Shown here in pieces: positions 34,222-44,407 of a DNA stretch of 64,000 bases (the first letter of the stretch is position 1; each line of letters begins with the position of its first letter). This stretch comes from an uncultured Actinomycetota bacterium (GTDB taxonomy: Bacteria; Actinomycetota; Actinomycetes; Actinomycetales; CAWJMD01), in assembly GCA_963750285.1 (NCBI GenBank), contig CAVVQA010000002.1, positions 198,229 to 262,228 on the forward strand, read 5' to 3'. Made by a program: the position numbers and the translations under genes. The notes beneath the pieces are model-generated. The model was not told the DNA's origin, ran no database searches, and worked only from the letters and a program-made list of their open reading frames with translations.

Positions 34222-36240
34222 TCAGCCGCGGACGACCTGGACGACCGACGGGCGGGGGCCGGCGAAGTCTCCGGGGGCGGCTGCGGAGCCGGCGGGGACG
34301 AAGTCGGGGAAGCGCGACTGCGGGACGTCCCAGCTGCCGTTCTCGCCCGGGTGCTGCACGGCGACCAGGACGCTGCCCTCGGCGTCGCGGACGACCGGCC
34401 CGCAGGTCTCGGCGCCCGCGGGCACGGCGAGGAACTGCTGCACCCGGCCCCGCTCCGGACCGGAGAGCGGCACCTTGAACAGGCCGTCCGACAGCGCGAT
34501 GGCCGACGGCTGGCCGTCGGTGGAGACCCACAGGTTCCCCACCGAGTCGAACGCGACGTTGTCCGGGCACGAGATCGGCGACACCGGGCCGGAGTACCCG
34601 CCGAAGTAGGTGCCGGCCGTGCCGGGCAGGCCGCACACGAGCACCAGGTTCCACGCGAAGGTCGAAGCGGTGTGGTCGCCGCCGGCAGGCACCAGCTCCA
34701 CGACGTGGCCGTCCTTGTTGGCCGCCCGCGGGTTGGGCTCGGTCGGGCCCTCCTTGCCGGGCTTGCCGCGGTCGGTGTTGTTCGTGCACGCCACGTAGAC
34801 GCGGCCGTTCACCAGGTTGACCTCGACGTCCTCGGGGCGGTCCATCTTCGTCGGCTGGACGGCGTCCGCGGCCAGCCGGGTGTAGACCAGCACCTCCTCG
34901 AGCGAGAAGCCGGGCACCATCGAGCGGCCGCCCTGGGTCAGCGGGATCCACTCGCCGCCACCGTCGCTGACGCCGTCGTCGAGGCCGTCGCCGGTGAAGC
35001 GGGCCACCGAGAGGTCGCCGGCCGAGAGCAGCGTCTTGTTGTGCTCGCGGGCCTTGTCGCTGCTGCCCTTCCTCACCGTCCCCGCCGAGACGAACCGGTA
35101 GACGTAGTCGAACCGCTCGTCGTCGCCCATGTACGCCACCAGGTGCCCGTTCTTCGCCACCACGACGTTGGCGCCCTCGTGCTTGAACCGGCCCATCGCC
35201 GTGTGCTTCACCGGTGTCGCGTTCGGCTTCAACGGGTCGATCTCGACGATCCAGCCGAACCGGTTGGGCTCGTTGGCGTACTCGGGACGCGTGGCGTCCC
35301 AGCGCGGGTCGATCGCGCGCCAGCCGCGCGAGTCCTGCGCGCCCAGGCCGTAGCGGGTCTCCTTCGGGTCCGTGCCGGTGGCGTAGAAGTACTGGTTGAA
35401 GTTCTCCTCGCCGGACAGCACCGTGCCCCACGGCGTGGTGCCGCCGGCGCAGTTGTTCATCGTCCCGCGGACGCGGACGCCGCGCGGGTCCTCGACGGTC
35501 TTCAGCAGGTCGCTGCCGCGGGCCGGGCCGTCGAAGGTGAAGACGGTGTCGAGGGTGATCCGGCGGTTGCGGCGCGCGCCGGGCTGCGGCTCCCACACCT
35601 GGCCGCGGCGCTTGCGACGGACCTCCACCACCGACAGGCCGTGCGCCGCCCACGCCGTCCGCACGACGGTCTCGGCGGGGGTGCCGGGCGGGAACATGAT
35701 GTTCTCGTTGGTGTACTCGTGGTTGGCCACGAGCAGGCCCTTGGTGCCGTCGCCGTCCACCTCGATCACGTCGAGGTAGTCGCAGTTGTAGCCGAACTGC
35801 AGCGCCTGCGCCTGGGCGGAGGGGTGCGCCGGGTCGAACACGGGTGCGCCGGCGAGAACCGGGTCGCCCCAACGGATCACGGTGTGCGCGACGTACCCGG
35901 CGGGGACGGTCATGCCGTCGACCGCGGCGCCGACCGGTGCGATCGGCGTGAACGGCAGCTTGCGGCTGCCACCGGCTCCCGCGCCGGCGGCGACCGCGGG
36001 GCTGGTGCCGAGCGAGCCACCGGCGGCCAGGGCGAGGGTGAGGGCGCCGGCACCGCCGAGCAGGGCGCGGCGGGTGAGCGCGGCCGAGGCGACGTCGCGG
36101 AAGTGCTCGTTGCTGCTGGTGTTGGGCACCGGCTGGGCGCAGGCGTCGCCGCAGCGCAGGTGGCAGGTCACCGCGCTGCGCCGGCCGTGGGTGAGGCCCC
36201 ACATGGGCAGCAGGGGACGTCGTTCGGGCGCGATGGTCAC
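34222..36240 (-). CDS. phoX: PhoX family phosphatase (DUF839), Tat-type signal
   Basis: Intact 672 aa. Twin-arginine motif LTRRALLGGAGALTLALAA. PhoX-type text WGDPVL, FGYNCDYL, LLVANHEYTNE, NNCAGGTTPWGTVLSGEEN, NPRAANKDGHVVE. The start could also be the ATG at 36204. Confidence 0.8.
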   Translation of the reverse strand: MTIAPERRPLLPMWGLTHGRRSAVTCHLRCGDACAQPVPNTSSNEHFRDVASAALTRRALLGGAGALTLALAAGGSLGTSPAVAAGAGAGGSRKLPFTPIAPVGAAVDGMTVPAGYVAHTVIRWGDPVLAGAPVFDPAHPSAQAQALQFGYNCDYLDVIEVDGDGTKGLLVANHEYTNENIMFPPGTPAETVVRTAWAAHGLSVVEVRRKRRGQVWEPQPGARRNRRITLDTVFTFDGPARGSDLLKTVEDPRGVRVRGTMNNCAGGTTPWGTVLSGEENFNQYFYATGTDPKETRYGLGAQDSRGWRAIDPRWDATRPEYANEPNRFGWIVEIDPLKPNATPVKHTAMGRFKHEGANVVVAKNGHLVAYMGDDERFDYVYRFVSAGTVRKGSSDKAREHNKTLLSAGDLSVARFTGDGLDDGVSDGGGEWIPLTQGGRSMVPGFSLEEVLVYTRLAADAVQPTKMDRPEDVEVNLVNGRVYVACTNNTDRGKPGKEGPTEPNPRAANKDGHVVELVPAGGDHTASTFAWNLVLVCGLPGTAGTYFGGYSGPVSPISCPDNVAFDSVGNLWVSTDGQPSAIALSDGLFKVPLSGPERGRVQQFLAVPAGAETCGPVVRDAEGSVLVAVQHPGENGSWDVPQSRFPDFVPAGSAAAPGDFAGPRPSVVQVVRG

Positions 36241-36325
36241 GGGGTGGGCTCGCTCTCGTGGAGGCTCGTCAGGGCACGAGACCCCGGACGCGGGGCCGCT
36301 CGCGACGCTACGAGGCGAGGTGGGC

Positions 36326-37331
36326 CTAGCAGTCGACGACGGCGTGACCGGCAGGTGAAGTCTCGGTGAGCCGTCGGCGTCCGGCGCGCAGCATGTCGAT
36401 CGTCAGCACCACGAGCGCCAGCCACACCAGGCCGAACCCGATCCAGCGGACGAGGGGCATCGGCTCGCCGAGCACGGTGACGCCGATGACGAGCTGCAGG
36501 GTGGGCGTGAGGTACTGCAGCAGGCCGATCGTCGACAGCGGGACCCGACGCGCCGACGACGCGAACAGCAGCAGCGGGATCGCCGTGACGATGCCGGTGC
36601 TGGCCAGGAGCAGGGCGTGGCCGACTCCGAGGTCGGTGAAGGTCGCCGTGCCGTCGACGCCGATCCACACCATCGCGGCGAGCGAGGCGGGAGCGAGGAC
36701 GGCGGTCTCGACCGACAGGCTGTGCACCGCCCCGACGCTGCGGCCGACCCGGTTCTTCAGCAGGCCGTACAGGCCGAAGCTGGCGGCGAGGGTCAGCGCG
36801 ATCCAGGGGACCCCGCCGTAGGCCACGCAGAGCACCGCGACCGCGGCGGCGCCGATGCCCACCGCCACCCACTGCGCCGGACGCAACCGCTCGCGCAGCA
36901 CGACGACGCCGAGCAGCACCGTGACGAGCGGGTTGATGTAGTAGCCGAGCGCGGTCTGCACGACCTGCTCCGACAGCACGCCGAAGATGTAGACCAGCCA
37001 GTTGGTGGCGATGAGAACCGCTGCGGCAGAGAGCATCGCGAGCGCCCGACCGGATCGGACGACCGGGCGCACGCCGCCCCACGCGCGGGTGACGGTGAGC
37101 AGCACGGCGCACACCAGGAGCGTCCACACGACGCGGTGCAGGAGGATCTCGACCGGCCCGGCCGGGTCGAGGACGGTGAAGTAGAGCGGGAAGACGCCCC
37201 ACAGGCCGTAGGCGGCCAGGCCCATCAGCACGCCGACGCGCTGGCCGTCCGCCGGCGGCGCCGGCCCCGTCGGTCGGCGTCGTGGAGGGCTCCGTCGTGG
37301 AGCCCTCGGTCGGTGCCTCCCCTGCCGTCAC
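36326..37331 (-). pseudogene. rarD: EamA/RarD family transporter; probable frame break in the first ~35 codons
   Basis: ORF 36326..37231 is intact from VLMGLAAYGLWGVFPLYF. A GTG at 37331 overlaps the upstream gene's stop (GTGA) and reads VTAGEAPTEGSTTEPSTTPTDG, then needs one frame change to join ...GQRVGVLMGLAAYG. Confidence 0.75.
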
Positions 37332-37933
37332 CCGCCCACGATAGGAGCCGGTCCCGGCCGCACCCAGGCGGGGTCGCGGCCGAGGAGCGCGAGCGACCGC
37401 GCCCACGGGTCGTCGCCGTCGTCGGGCAGCGAGCGCGCGAAGGCCGAGCCCTCCCGCTCGCGGCGCTCGTCGTCCGGGATCCCCTCGGCCACGGCCAGCG
37501 TGACGGCCACGACGTCCGGGTCGGGGACGTGGTCCAGCCCCAGCGTGCGGGCGACGTCCCAGGCGTGCACCGCGCTGTCGAGCAGCTGCGCGCCCACGAC
37601 GACCTGCGCCGGCAGCGGGTGCGGCGAGAGCTCCACCTCGACCAACCGGGCCTCGGGGTCGAGCGCGGCGAACGCGTCGAACAGCTCCTCCACGGAGGCG
37701 TCCCACGTCTCCGGGTGGAACGGGACGGGCGCGTAGGCCGACTCCGGCGCGTCGCCGTCGCGGGCGCAGGCGGCGAAGCCGCGGTGCTGACCGACCATGT
37801 GCGCCAGCAGGTCGGCGAGGTCCCAGGCGGCGCAGGGCGTCGGCCGCACCAGGTCGGCGTCGGTGACGAGCGCCACGACCGTGGCGGCGCCCATCAGCGC
37901 GCGGTGGTGCAGGGTGCGCTGCTCGTCCGTCAT
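37328..37933 (-). CDS. TIGR03086-type mycothiol-dependent maleylpyruvate isomerase N-terminal domain (DinB superfamily) protein
   Basis: MTDEQRTLHHRALMGAATVVALVTDADLVRPTPCAAWDLADLLAHMVGQH..., from the ATG at 37933 inside ORF 37328..37981. Confidence 0.6.
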   Translation of the reverse strand: MTDEQRTLHHRALMGAATVVALVTDADLVRPTPCAAWDLADLLAHMVGQHRGFAACARDGDAPESAYAPVPFHPETWDASVEELFDAFAALDPEARLVEVELSPHPLPAQVVVGAQLLDSAVHAWDVARTLGLDHVPDPDVVAVTLAVAEGIPDDERREREGSAFARSLPDDGDDPWARSLALLGRDPAWVRPGPAPIVGG

Positions 37934-37944
37934 CCGGCGAGCGT

Positions 37945-39102
37945 ATGTGCGAGAGTTGCCCGACTGCACGAACGGCAGCACGGACGAGCAGCGGGAGGGC
38001 GACGGTGGCGAGCACGACCCGCGCGCAGTCCCGCGGACTCCACCGGGCCGCCAAGCTCGAGGACGCCTTCCACGCCCGGCTCGAGGACCGCCTCTCCGAG
38101 CGGGGCTGGCGCCCCCAGGTCACCGCGTACACCGGCTACGGCGCCCCGGGCTGGGTACGGGTGATGGCGCGCGTCCTGCTGTCGCGGCCGGAGCCGCGCA
38201 ACCGCCGCCCGGACGAGCTGCGCCGCGGCTGGCACCAGTTCGTCACCGTCCCCGCCGTGGGCGTCGGCGTGCGGGTGCGTGCCGGTGACGCCGAGACGGT
38301 GGTGACCACCGACCGCGGCGGGTACCTCGACCTGCGGATGGAGTGCGAGCTGCCGGCGGGCTGGCAGGAGGTCGAGCTCGAGGTGGTCGGTCCGGACGCC
38401 GGCGGCGAGGTCGAGTCCGTCGACGAGCCCACCGACGACCGGCCGGAACAGACGCCCGAGGGCGGGGTGCGCGCGCCGGTGCTCGTGATCGGTCCCGGCA
38501 CCGACATCGGCCTGGTCAGCGACATCGACGACACCGTGATGGTCACCTCGCTGCCCCGCGCGATGCTCGCCGCCTGGAACACGTTCGTGCTGAACGAGCA
38601 CGCGCGGCGTCCCGTCCCGGGCATGGCGGTGCTCTACGAGCGGCTGGTGAACGCCAACCCCGGCGCGCCGGTGATCTACCTGTCCACCGGCGCGTGGAAC
38701 GTGGCGCCCACGCTCACCCGGTTCCTGTCGCGGCACCTCTACCCGCGCGGGCCGATCCTGCTCACCGACTGGGGACCGACCAAGGACGGCTGGTTCCGCA
38801 GCGGGCAGGCGCACAAGCGCACGACGCTGGTGCGGCTGGCGGAGGAGTTCCCCGACGTCCGCTGGCTGCTCGTCGGCGACGACGGCCAGCACGACCCCGA
38901 CCTGTACTCCGAGTTCGCCCGCAGCCACCCGCAGAACGTGGCCGCCGTCGCGATCCGGCACCTGTCGCCCACCGAGCAGGTGCTCGCCAGCGGCCTGCCC
39001 GTGCCGATGGACCAGGCCAAGTCCGTCCCCGGCACGCCCTGGGTGAGCGGCACCGACGGCGCCGCGCTGTCGAACCGGCTCGCCACCCTCGGCCTGCTCT
39101 GA
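37945..39102 (+). CDS. App1 family (DUF2183) phosphatase-like protein
   Basis: 385-aa ORF. HAD-like DxDxT motif VSDIDDTVMVT, STGAWNVAPTL, LLVGDDGQHDPDLY. The start is uncertain (an internal GTG near 38005 is possible). Confidence 0.6.
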   Translation: MCESCPTARTAARTSSGRATVASTTRAQSRGLHRAAKLEDAFHARLEDRLSERGWRPQVTAYTGYGAPGWVRVMARVLLSRPEPRNRRPDELRRGWHQFVTVPAVGVGVRVRAGDAETVVTTDRGGYLDLRMECELPAGWQEVELEVVGPDAGGEVESVDEPTDDRPEQTPEGGVRAPVLVIGPGTDIGLVSDIDDTVMVTSLPRAMLAAWNTFVLNEHARRPVPGMAVLYERLVNANPGAPVIYLSTGAWNVAPTLTRFLSRHLYPRGPILLTDWGPTKDGWFRSGQAHKRTTLVRLAEEFPDVRWLLVGDDGQHDPDLYSEFARSHPQNVAAVAIRHLSPTEQVLASGLPVPMDQAKSVPGTPWVSGTDGAALSNRLATLGLL

Positions 39103-39169
39103 CCGTCGCCCCCCTCGGCGCGAGCGTCCGGTCCGTGGACCGGCGTGCTCGCAGGCTGGACACCGCACC

Positions 39170-40402
39170 GTGGCCCGCGCGCGGGCTGCGACCATGGTGG
39201 ACGTGCTGAAGGCCCTGCTGCTCGAGAACCTCCACCCGCTCGCGTCGTCGCTGCTCGCGGAGGCCGGCGTCGAGGTCGTCACCCACGCCGGTGCGATGGA
39301 CACCGACGAGCTGGTCGCGGCGCTGGACGGCGTCCACCTGCTCGGCATCCGGTCCAAGACCGAGGTGACGCAGAAGGTGCTCGAGAACGCGCCCGACCTG
39401 CTCGCCGTCGGCGCGTTCTGCATCGGCACCAACCAGGTCGACCTGGTCGCCGCGGCGTCGCGCGGCGTCGCGGTCTTCAACGCCCCGTTCTCCAACACCC
39501 GCTCCGTGGTCGAGCTCGCCATCGCCGAGATCATCGTGATGGCAAGGCGTCTCACCGAGAAGGACCGTGCTCTGCACGAGGGGCGGTGGGAGAAGTCGGC
39601 CACCGGGAGCCACGAGATCCGCGGCCGGCGGCTCGGCATCGTCGGCTACGGCAACATCGGCAGCCAGCTGTCGGTCGTCGCCGAGGCGCTCGGCATGCAG
39701 GTCTACTTCTACGACACCGCCGACAAGCTCGCGCTCGGCAACGCGCGCCGCTGCTCGTCGCTCGACGAGCTGCTGGAGGTGGCCGAGGCGGTCACGCTGC
39801 ACGTCGACGGCCGTCCGGGCAACGCCGGGTTCTTCGGCACCGAGCAGTTCGCGCGGATGCGTCCCCGCTCGCTGTTCCTCAACCTGTCGCGCGGGTTCGT
39901 CGTCGACTACGACGTGCTGCGCGAGCACCTGGTCTCCGGGCACATCGCCGGTGCGGCCGTCGACGTCTTCCCGGACGAGCCCAAGGCCAAGGGCGACCCG
40001 TTCCACTCCTCGCTGCGGGGCATCCCGAACGTGGTGCTGACCCCGCACATCGGCGGGTCCACCGAGGAGGCGCAGGAGGACATCGGCCGGTTCGTGGCCA
40101 CGAAGCTGCGCGACTTCGTCGAGCGGGGGAGCACCACGCTGTCGGTGAACGTCCCCGGCCTGGCGCTCGAGCCGCACCCCGGGCAGCACCGGATCGCGCA
40201 CGTGCACCTCAACACCCCCGGCGTGCTGGCGACGGTGAACCGGATCCTGGCCGAGCACGGCGTCAACATCGAGGGGCAGCTGCTGGCGACGTCCGGCACC
40301 ACCGGGTACGTGGTCACCGACGTCGCGTCGGCGCTGGAGGACGAGCTGCTCGCCGAGCTGCGGGCGATGCCCGAGACGGTGCGGCTGCGCGTCCTCGGCT
40401 GA
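39170..40402 (+). CDS. serA: D-3-phosphoglycerate dehydrogenase (2-hydroxyacid dehydrogenase plus ACT domain)
   Basis: Intact ORF. NAD motif LGIVGYGNIGSQL, catalytic FLNLSRG...TPHIGGST, C-terminal ACT-like HRIAHVHLNTPGVLATVNRIL. The likely start is the ATG at 39194 (MVDVLKALLLEN). Confidence 0.85.
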   Translation: MARARAATMVDVLKALLLENLHPLASSLLAEAGVEVVTHAGAMDTDELVAALDGVHLLGIRSKTEVTQKVLENAPDLLAVGAFCIGTNQVDLVAAASRGVAVFNAPFSNTRSVVELAIAEIIVMARRLTEKDRALHEGRWEKSATGSHEIRGRRLGIVGYGNIGSQLSVVAEALGMQVYFYDTADKLALGNARRCSSLDELLEVAEAVTLHVDGRPGNAGFFGTEQFARMRPRSLFLNLSRGFVVDYDVLREHLVSGHIAGAAVDVFPDEPKAKGDPFHSSLRGIPNVVLTPHIGGSTEEAQEDIGRFVATKLRDFVERGSTTLSVNVPGLALEPHPGQHRIAHVHLNTPGVLATVNRILAEHGVNIEGQLLATSGTTGYVVTDVASALEDELLAELRAMPETVRLRVLG

Positions 40403-40442
40403 CGACGCCCCCGGCGCGAGCAGCGACCAGGAGCCTCCGCGG

Positions 40443-40866
40443 GTGGACGACGACGCGGTGGAGCACCTCGAGCGCGAGCTCGGCGTGCTGATGCGCGGGC
40501 CCGCTCGTTCTCCGGGCAGCTCGCCCGCGAGGTGCACCCGACCTCGAGCCCGGCGCCTACGCGATCCTGGTGCGCTCGCCGACACCGGTGGCGTCCGGCT
40601 CACCGACCTGGCCGGCTGGTTCGGCGTCGGCAAGCGACGATGTCGCGCCAGGTGGCGGTGCTCGAGCGGCTCGAGCTGTCGCCCGGGTCGAGGACCCCGA
40701 GGACGCCCGCGCCCAGCTGCTCTCGCTCACCGACTCGGCTCCCGCCGGCTCGGCGCGGCGCGCACCGCCGCGCGCCCGGTTCCGGGGGCTGCTCGACGCC
40801 TGGCCCGACACCGACGTGCGCACCCTCGGCGACCTGCTGCACCGCTTCAACGACCTGGGCGCCTGA
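40443..40866 (+). pseudogene. MarR family transcriptional regulator; at least five frame breaks
   Basis: Reconstructed text: VDDDAVEHLERELGVLMR / ARSFSGQLAREVHP / DLEPGAYAILVR / LADTGGVRLTDLAGWFGVGK / ATMSRQVAVLERLEL / VARVEDPEDARAQLLSLTDS...FRGLLDAWPDTDVRTLGDLLHRFNDLGA*. Each junction is repaired by adding back one base to a short same-base run (near 40496, 40540, 40575, 40634, 40677). Confidence 0.65.
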
Positions 40867-40949
40867 CGGGACGATCGGCAGGAGGCCGCCGAGGTGAGGC
40901 CGTGAGGGTCGGGGCGATCGCAGGAGGCCGCCCTCGTGCGCGAGAACCA

Positions 40950-40994
40950 GTTGCTGGGAGCAACGATGACAAGGTTATGGTTGCCGCAGGCAAC
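40950..40994. promoter_or_regulatory. two short palindromes between the MarR gene and the MFS efflux gene (candidate MarR operators)
   Basis: GTTGC-tggga-GCAAC (40950-40964) and GTTGCC-gca-GGCAAC (40980-40994) share the half-site GTTGC and are spaced 30 nt centre to centre. They lie 130-170 nt upstream of the MFS ATG at 41124. Confidence 0.3.
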
Positions 40995-41123
40995 GGAAAG
41001 CGGGAGCGATGCGGCGGATGGTCTCGGACCTGGTGCCGACGACCACACCGCCACCCCGCACCCCGTCCGACCGGACGCACCTCGTGAGGAGCACCACCAC
41101 GCATAGGACCATACCGTCACCGC

Positions 41124-42814
41124 ATGACCACCGTGTCCTCGCGCCTGCCGAAGGAGAGCGCTGCCGCCGCTGCCCAGCCGGCGTCGCGATGAGCCACCGC
41201 CAGGTGCTCGAGGCCCTGTCCGGCATCCTGCTCGGCCTGCTCAACACGATCCTGTCGACGACCGTGGTCGGCACCGCCTGCCGGTGATCGTCGCCGACCT
41301 CGGCGGCACCAGTCCGCGTACACCTGGGTGGTCAGCGTCGTCGCTGCTGGCGATGAACGGTCGAGCACCCGCTGTGGGGCAAGCTGGCCGACCTGGTCGA
41401 CCGCAAGGCGCTGATCGAGGTGGCCTGGTGGCCTTCGTGGGCGTCGTCGGCGGTCGCCGGCCTCTCGCAGGAGACCGGCATGCTCATCGCGCAGCGCGGT
41501 CGCAGGGCATGGCCGCCGGCGGCGTGATGGCGCTGTGCGATGGTCGTGATCACCGACATCATCAGCCCGCGCGACCGCGGCCGGTACGTGGGAATCATGG
41601 GTGGCGTGATGTGGAATCGGGACGTCGGTGGCCCGCTGCTCGGCGGCGTCATCACTGACAGCGCTGGGCTGGCGCTGGAACGTTCTACGTCGGCGCTGCA
41701 GCTCGCGGTAGTCGCGCGATGGTCGTGCTGCAGCGCACGCTGCGGCTGCTCGCCTGGTCTGCGCGCAAGATAGTCAGGATCGACTACGCTCGGAGCGTTG
41801 CTCATCGCGTCCGGCGTGAGCGACGCTGCTGGTCTGGGTCTCGCTCGCGGGCGAGCAGTTCGACTGGGTCGACGCTGGAAGAGCGCCGCTGCTGGTCGGC
41901 GGCGGTCGTCATGCTGGTCGGTGGCCGTCGCTCGTGGAGACAGCGCGCCGACGAGCGGGTGATCCCGCTGCACCTGTTCCGCAACCGGACGCTGACCCTG
42001 TCCGTGGTCGCCAGCGCCGGCGTGGGCGTCGCGATGTTCGGCGCCTCGGTCTTCCTCAGCCGAGTACATGCAGCTCGCGCGCGGCCTTCTCGCCGACGGC
42101 GTCGGGACTGCACACCGACGCCGATCGATCATCGGACTCGCTGGTGTCGTCGACCGTGATCGGCCAGCTGGTCAGCCGCACCGGTCGCTACAAGTCCTAC
42201 ATGGTCGGTGGCGCCGTCGCTGCTCGTCGTCGGCATGGGGCTGATGGGCACGATCGACGAAGATCACGGCTCTTCTGGCTGCTCTTCGCTCTACATGGCG
42301 CTGATCGGTATCGGCATGGGTTGCGTGCATGCAGACCCTGGTGCTGGCCACGCAGAACACCGTGGACGTCCGCGCAGATGGGTTCTGCCACGGCCACTGT
42401 CGCCTTCTTCCGCAGCCTGGGCGGCGCCGTCGGCGTGGCCGCGCTCGGTGCGGTGCTTGCGCACCGGGTGCAGGACGAGATCGCCTCGGGCCTGGCCGAC
42501 CTCGGGACCGCGCTCCCCGCCGACCAGGCGTCGGGCTCGGTGCCGCGGATCGACGAGCTGCCCCTGCCCGCGCGGGGGGTGTCGAGCACGCGTACGCCGC
42601 AGGGATCGCCGACCTGTTCCTCGCCTCGATCCCGCTCGCGCGTCGTCGCGCTGGTGGCGATCGTGTTCCTGCGGGAGGTGCCGCTCGGGGAGAAGACCGG
42701 GCTGCAGCAGCGCGCCGAGGTCGAGGCCGACCTCACCGTGGGCGATCTGGCGGTGCAGGTGCACCGGCGGTGGCCGGGCCACCGCGGGTGGCACCGGAGC
42801 GCGTCCGCACCTAG
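41124..42814 (+). pseudogene. DHA2 (EmrB/QacA-type) MFS efflux transporter; about 25 frame breaks
   Basis: Family text is recoverable only in short pieces across all three frames: MTTVSSRLPKESAAAAAQPA, MSHRQVLEALSGILLGLLNTILSTTVVGTA, LPVIVADLGGT, WGKLADLVDRKALIE, VITDIISPRDRGRYVGIMGGVM, VGPLLGGVITDS, RIDY, LVWVSLAGEQFDW, VIPLHLFRNRTLTLSVVASAGVGVAMFGASVFLS, STVIGQLVSRTGRYKSYMVGGAV, LVLATQNTVDVR, TVAFFRSLGGAVGVAALGAVLAHRV, LVAIVFLREVPLGEKTG. The 3' end is uncertain (stops at 42814 and 42828 in two frames). Confidence 0.7.
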
Positions 42815-42824
42815 CGTCGCGCCC

Positions 42825-43608
42825 ATGAGCGACGACACCACCGCCACCCGCGCCGCCGAGCTGCTGCGCCTGCACACCGACCCCGAGCTGCTCCAGGTCG
42901 TCAACGTCTGGGACGCCATCACCGCCAAGGTGGTCACCGACGTCCCCGGCACGACGGCGCTGGCGACGGCGAGCCACTCCATCGCCGCGACCCTCGGCTA
43001 CGCGGACGGCGAGAACATCCCGGTCGCCGAGATGATCGACATGTGCGGCCGGATCGTCGCGGCGACGCACCTGCCGGTGTCGGCCGACCTGGAGGCCGGG
43101 TACGGCGACCCGGGCGACACCATCCGTCGGGCCATCGCCGTCGGCGTGGTGGGCGCCAACCTCGAGGACCAGATGAAGCCGCTGGACCAGGCGGTCGCCG
43201 CCGTCGCCGCGGTGGTCGCTGCGGGCGAGGCCGAGGGCGTGCCGTTCGTCCTCAACGCCCGCACCGACGCCTTCCTGCGCGGTGCCGACCGCGACCCCGC
43301 CGAGGTGCTGGCCGACGCGATCGAGCGCGGCAAGGCCTTCCTCGACGCCGGTGCGGCGTGCGTCTTCGTGCCCGGCAAGCTCGACCTGGACACCATCGGC
43401 GCGCTCGTCGAGGCGTTCGGCGAGCGGCGGTTGTCGACGATCGGGGTGCGGGGGACGCCGTCCCCGGCGGACCAGCAGGCGGCTCGGTGTCGCGCGGATC
43501 TCCTACGGGCCGTGGACGCAGCGGGTGGCGCTCACCGCGCTCGCCGACCTCACCGCCGACCTGCTCGGCGGCGGCGCGCTGCCGGAGGGCACCCGCCCGC
43601 TGAACTGA
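42825..43608 (+). pseudogene. isocitrate lyase/PEP mutase family protein (2-methylisocitrate-lyase-like); one frame break near 43470
   Basis: MSDDTTATRAAELLRLHTDPELLQVVNVWDAITAKVV...ATASHSIAATLGYADGENI...PVSADLEAGYGD...GVVGANLEDQ...NARTDAF...VFVPG. The end GVARISYGPWTQRVALTALADL...* is in ORF 43282..43608. Confidence 0.7.
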
Positions 43609-43624
43609 GCCCGATCGGCCGGGA

Positions 43625-44332
43625 TCAGACCGCGCAGGAGTCGCCCTCGCACGACTCGGCGTCGGGTGCGCCGGCCAGCACGGTCACCGGGCTGCGCTCG
43701 GCCCACGCGTGGTCGAGGACGCGGGCGACGTGCTCGGTGGGCTGCGCGCCCGAGACCCCGAACTTCCCGTCGAGGACGAAGAACGGGACGCCGGTGATGC
43801 CGAACGCCCGGGCCTGCTGCTCGTCGGCCCGCACGTCGGCGGCGTAGCGGTCGCCGGCGAGGACCTCGCGGACCTCGGCCTCGTCGAGACCGGCAGCCAC
43901 CACCACCGCGGTCAGCTCGTCGGGGTCGGAGACCGACAGGCCGTCGCGGAACGTACCGAGGTCGAGCGCCTCCTTGACCTGCTGCTGGACGCCGCGCTCG
44001 CGGGCGAGGTGCAGCAGCCGGTGGGCGTCGAAGGTGTTGCCGCCTCGCACGCGGTCGAACCGGAACTCCAGGTCCTCGGCGGCGGCGGTGGCCGTCATCT
44101 GGTCGAGCATCTCCTGCGCCTGCTCGGGGGTGCGGCCGTACTTGGCGGCGAGCAGCTCGGCCTGGGTGCCGTTCCGCTGCGTCGACGGCTCGGCGCCGGG
44201 GTCGAGCTCGAACGAGCGCCAGACCACCTCGACCTCGTCCCGGTGCTCGAACCCGGCCAGAGCGCGCTCGAACCGCGCCCGTCCCACCGAGCACCACGGG
44301 CACACCACGTCCGACCAGATGTCGATCCTCAT
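43625..44332 (-). CDS. DsbA family (FrnE-like) thiol oxidoreductase
   Basis: MRIDIWSDVVCPWCSVGRARFERAL... carries the CPWC active site, followed by GITGVPFFVLDGKFGVSGAQP. Intact. The ATG at 44332 lies inside ORF 43625..44341. Confidence 0.8.
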   Translation of the reverse strand: MRIDIWSDVVCPWCSVGRARFERALAGFEHRDEVEVVWRSFELDPGAEPSTQRNGTQAELLAAKYGRTPEQAQEMLDQMTATAAAEDLEFRFDRVRGGNTFDAHRLLHLARERGVQQQVKEALDLGTFRDGLSVSDPDELTAVVVAAGLDEAEVREVLAGDRYAADVRADEQQARAFGITGVPFFVLDGKFGVSGAQPTEHVARVLDHAWAERSPVTVLAGAPDAESCEGDSCAV

Positions 44333-44407
44333 GCCGGGCACAACACCGGCCCGGACGGGACGCTTCCCGCCGGTACGCGCGGGCCCGCGTCCGGACGGAG
44401 CGGCCGG

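Noticed and set aside
34351-36369. 672-aa plus-strand ORF mirroring phoX
   Set aside because: It is an antisense mirror of the intact PhoX gene (34222..36240). It has no motifs and Arg/Gly/Val/Asp-rich low-complexity composition.
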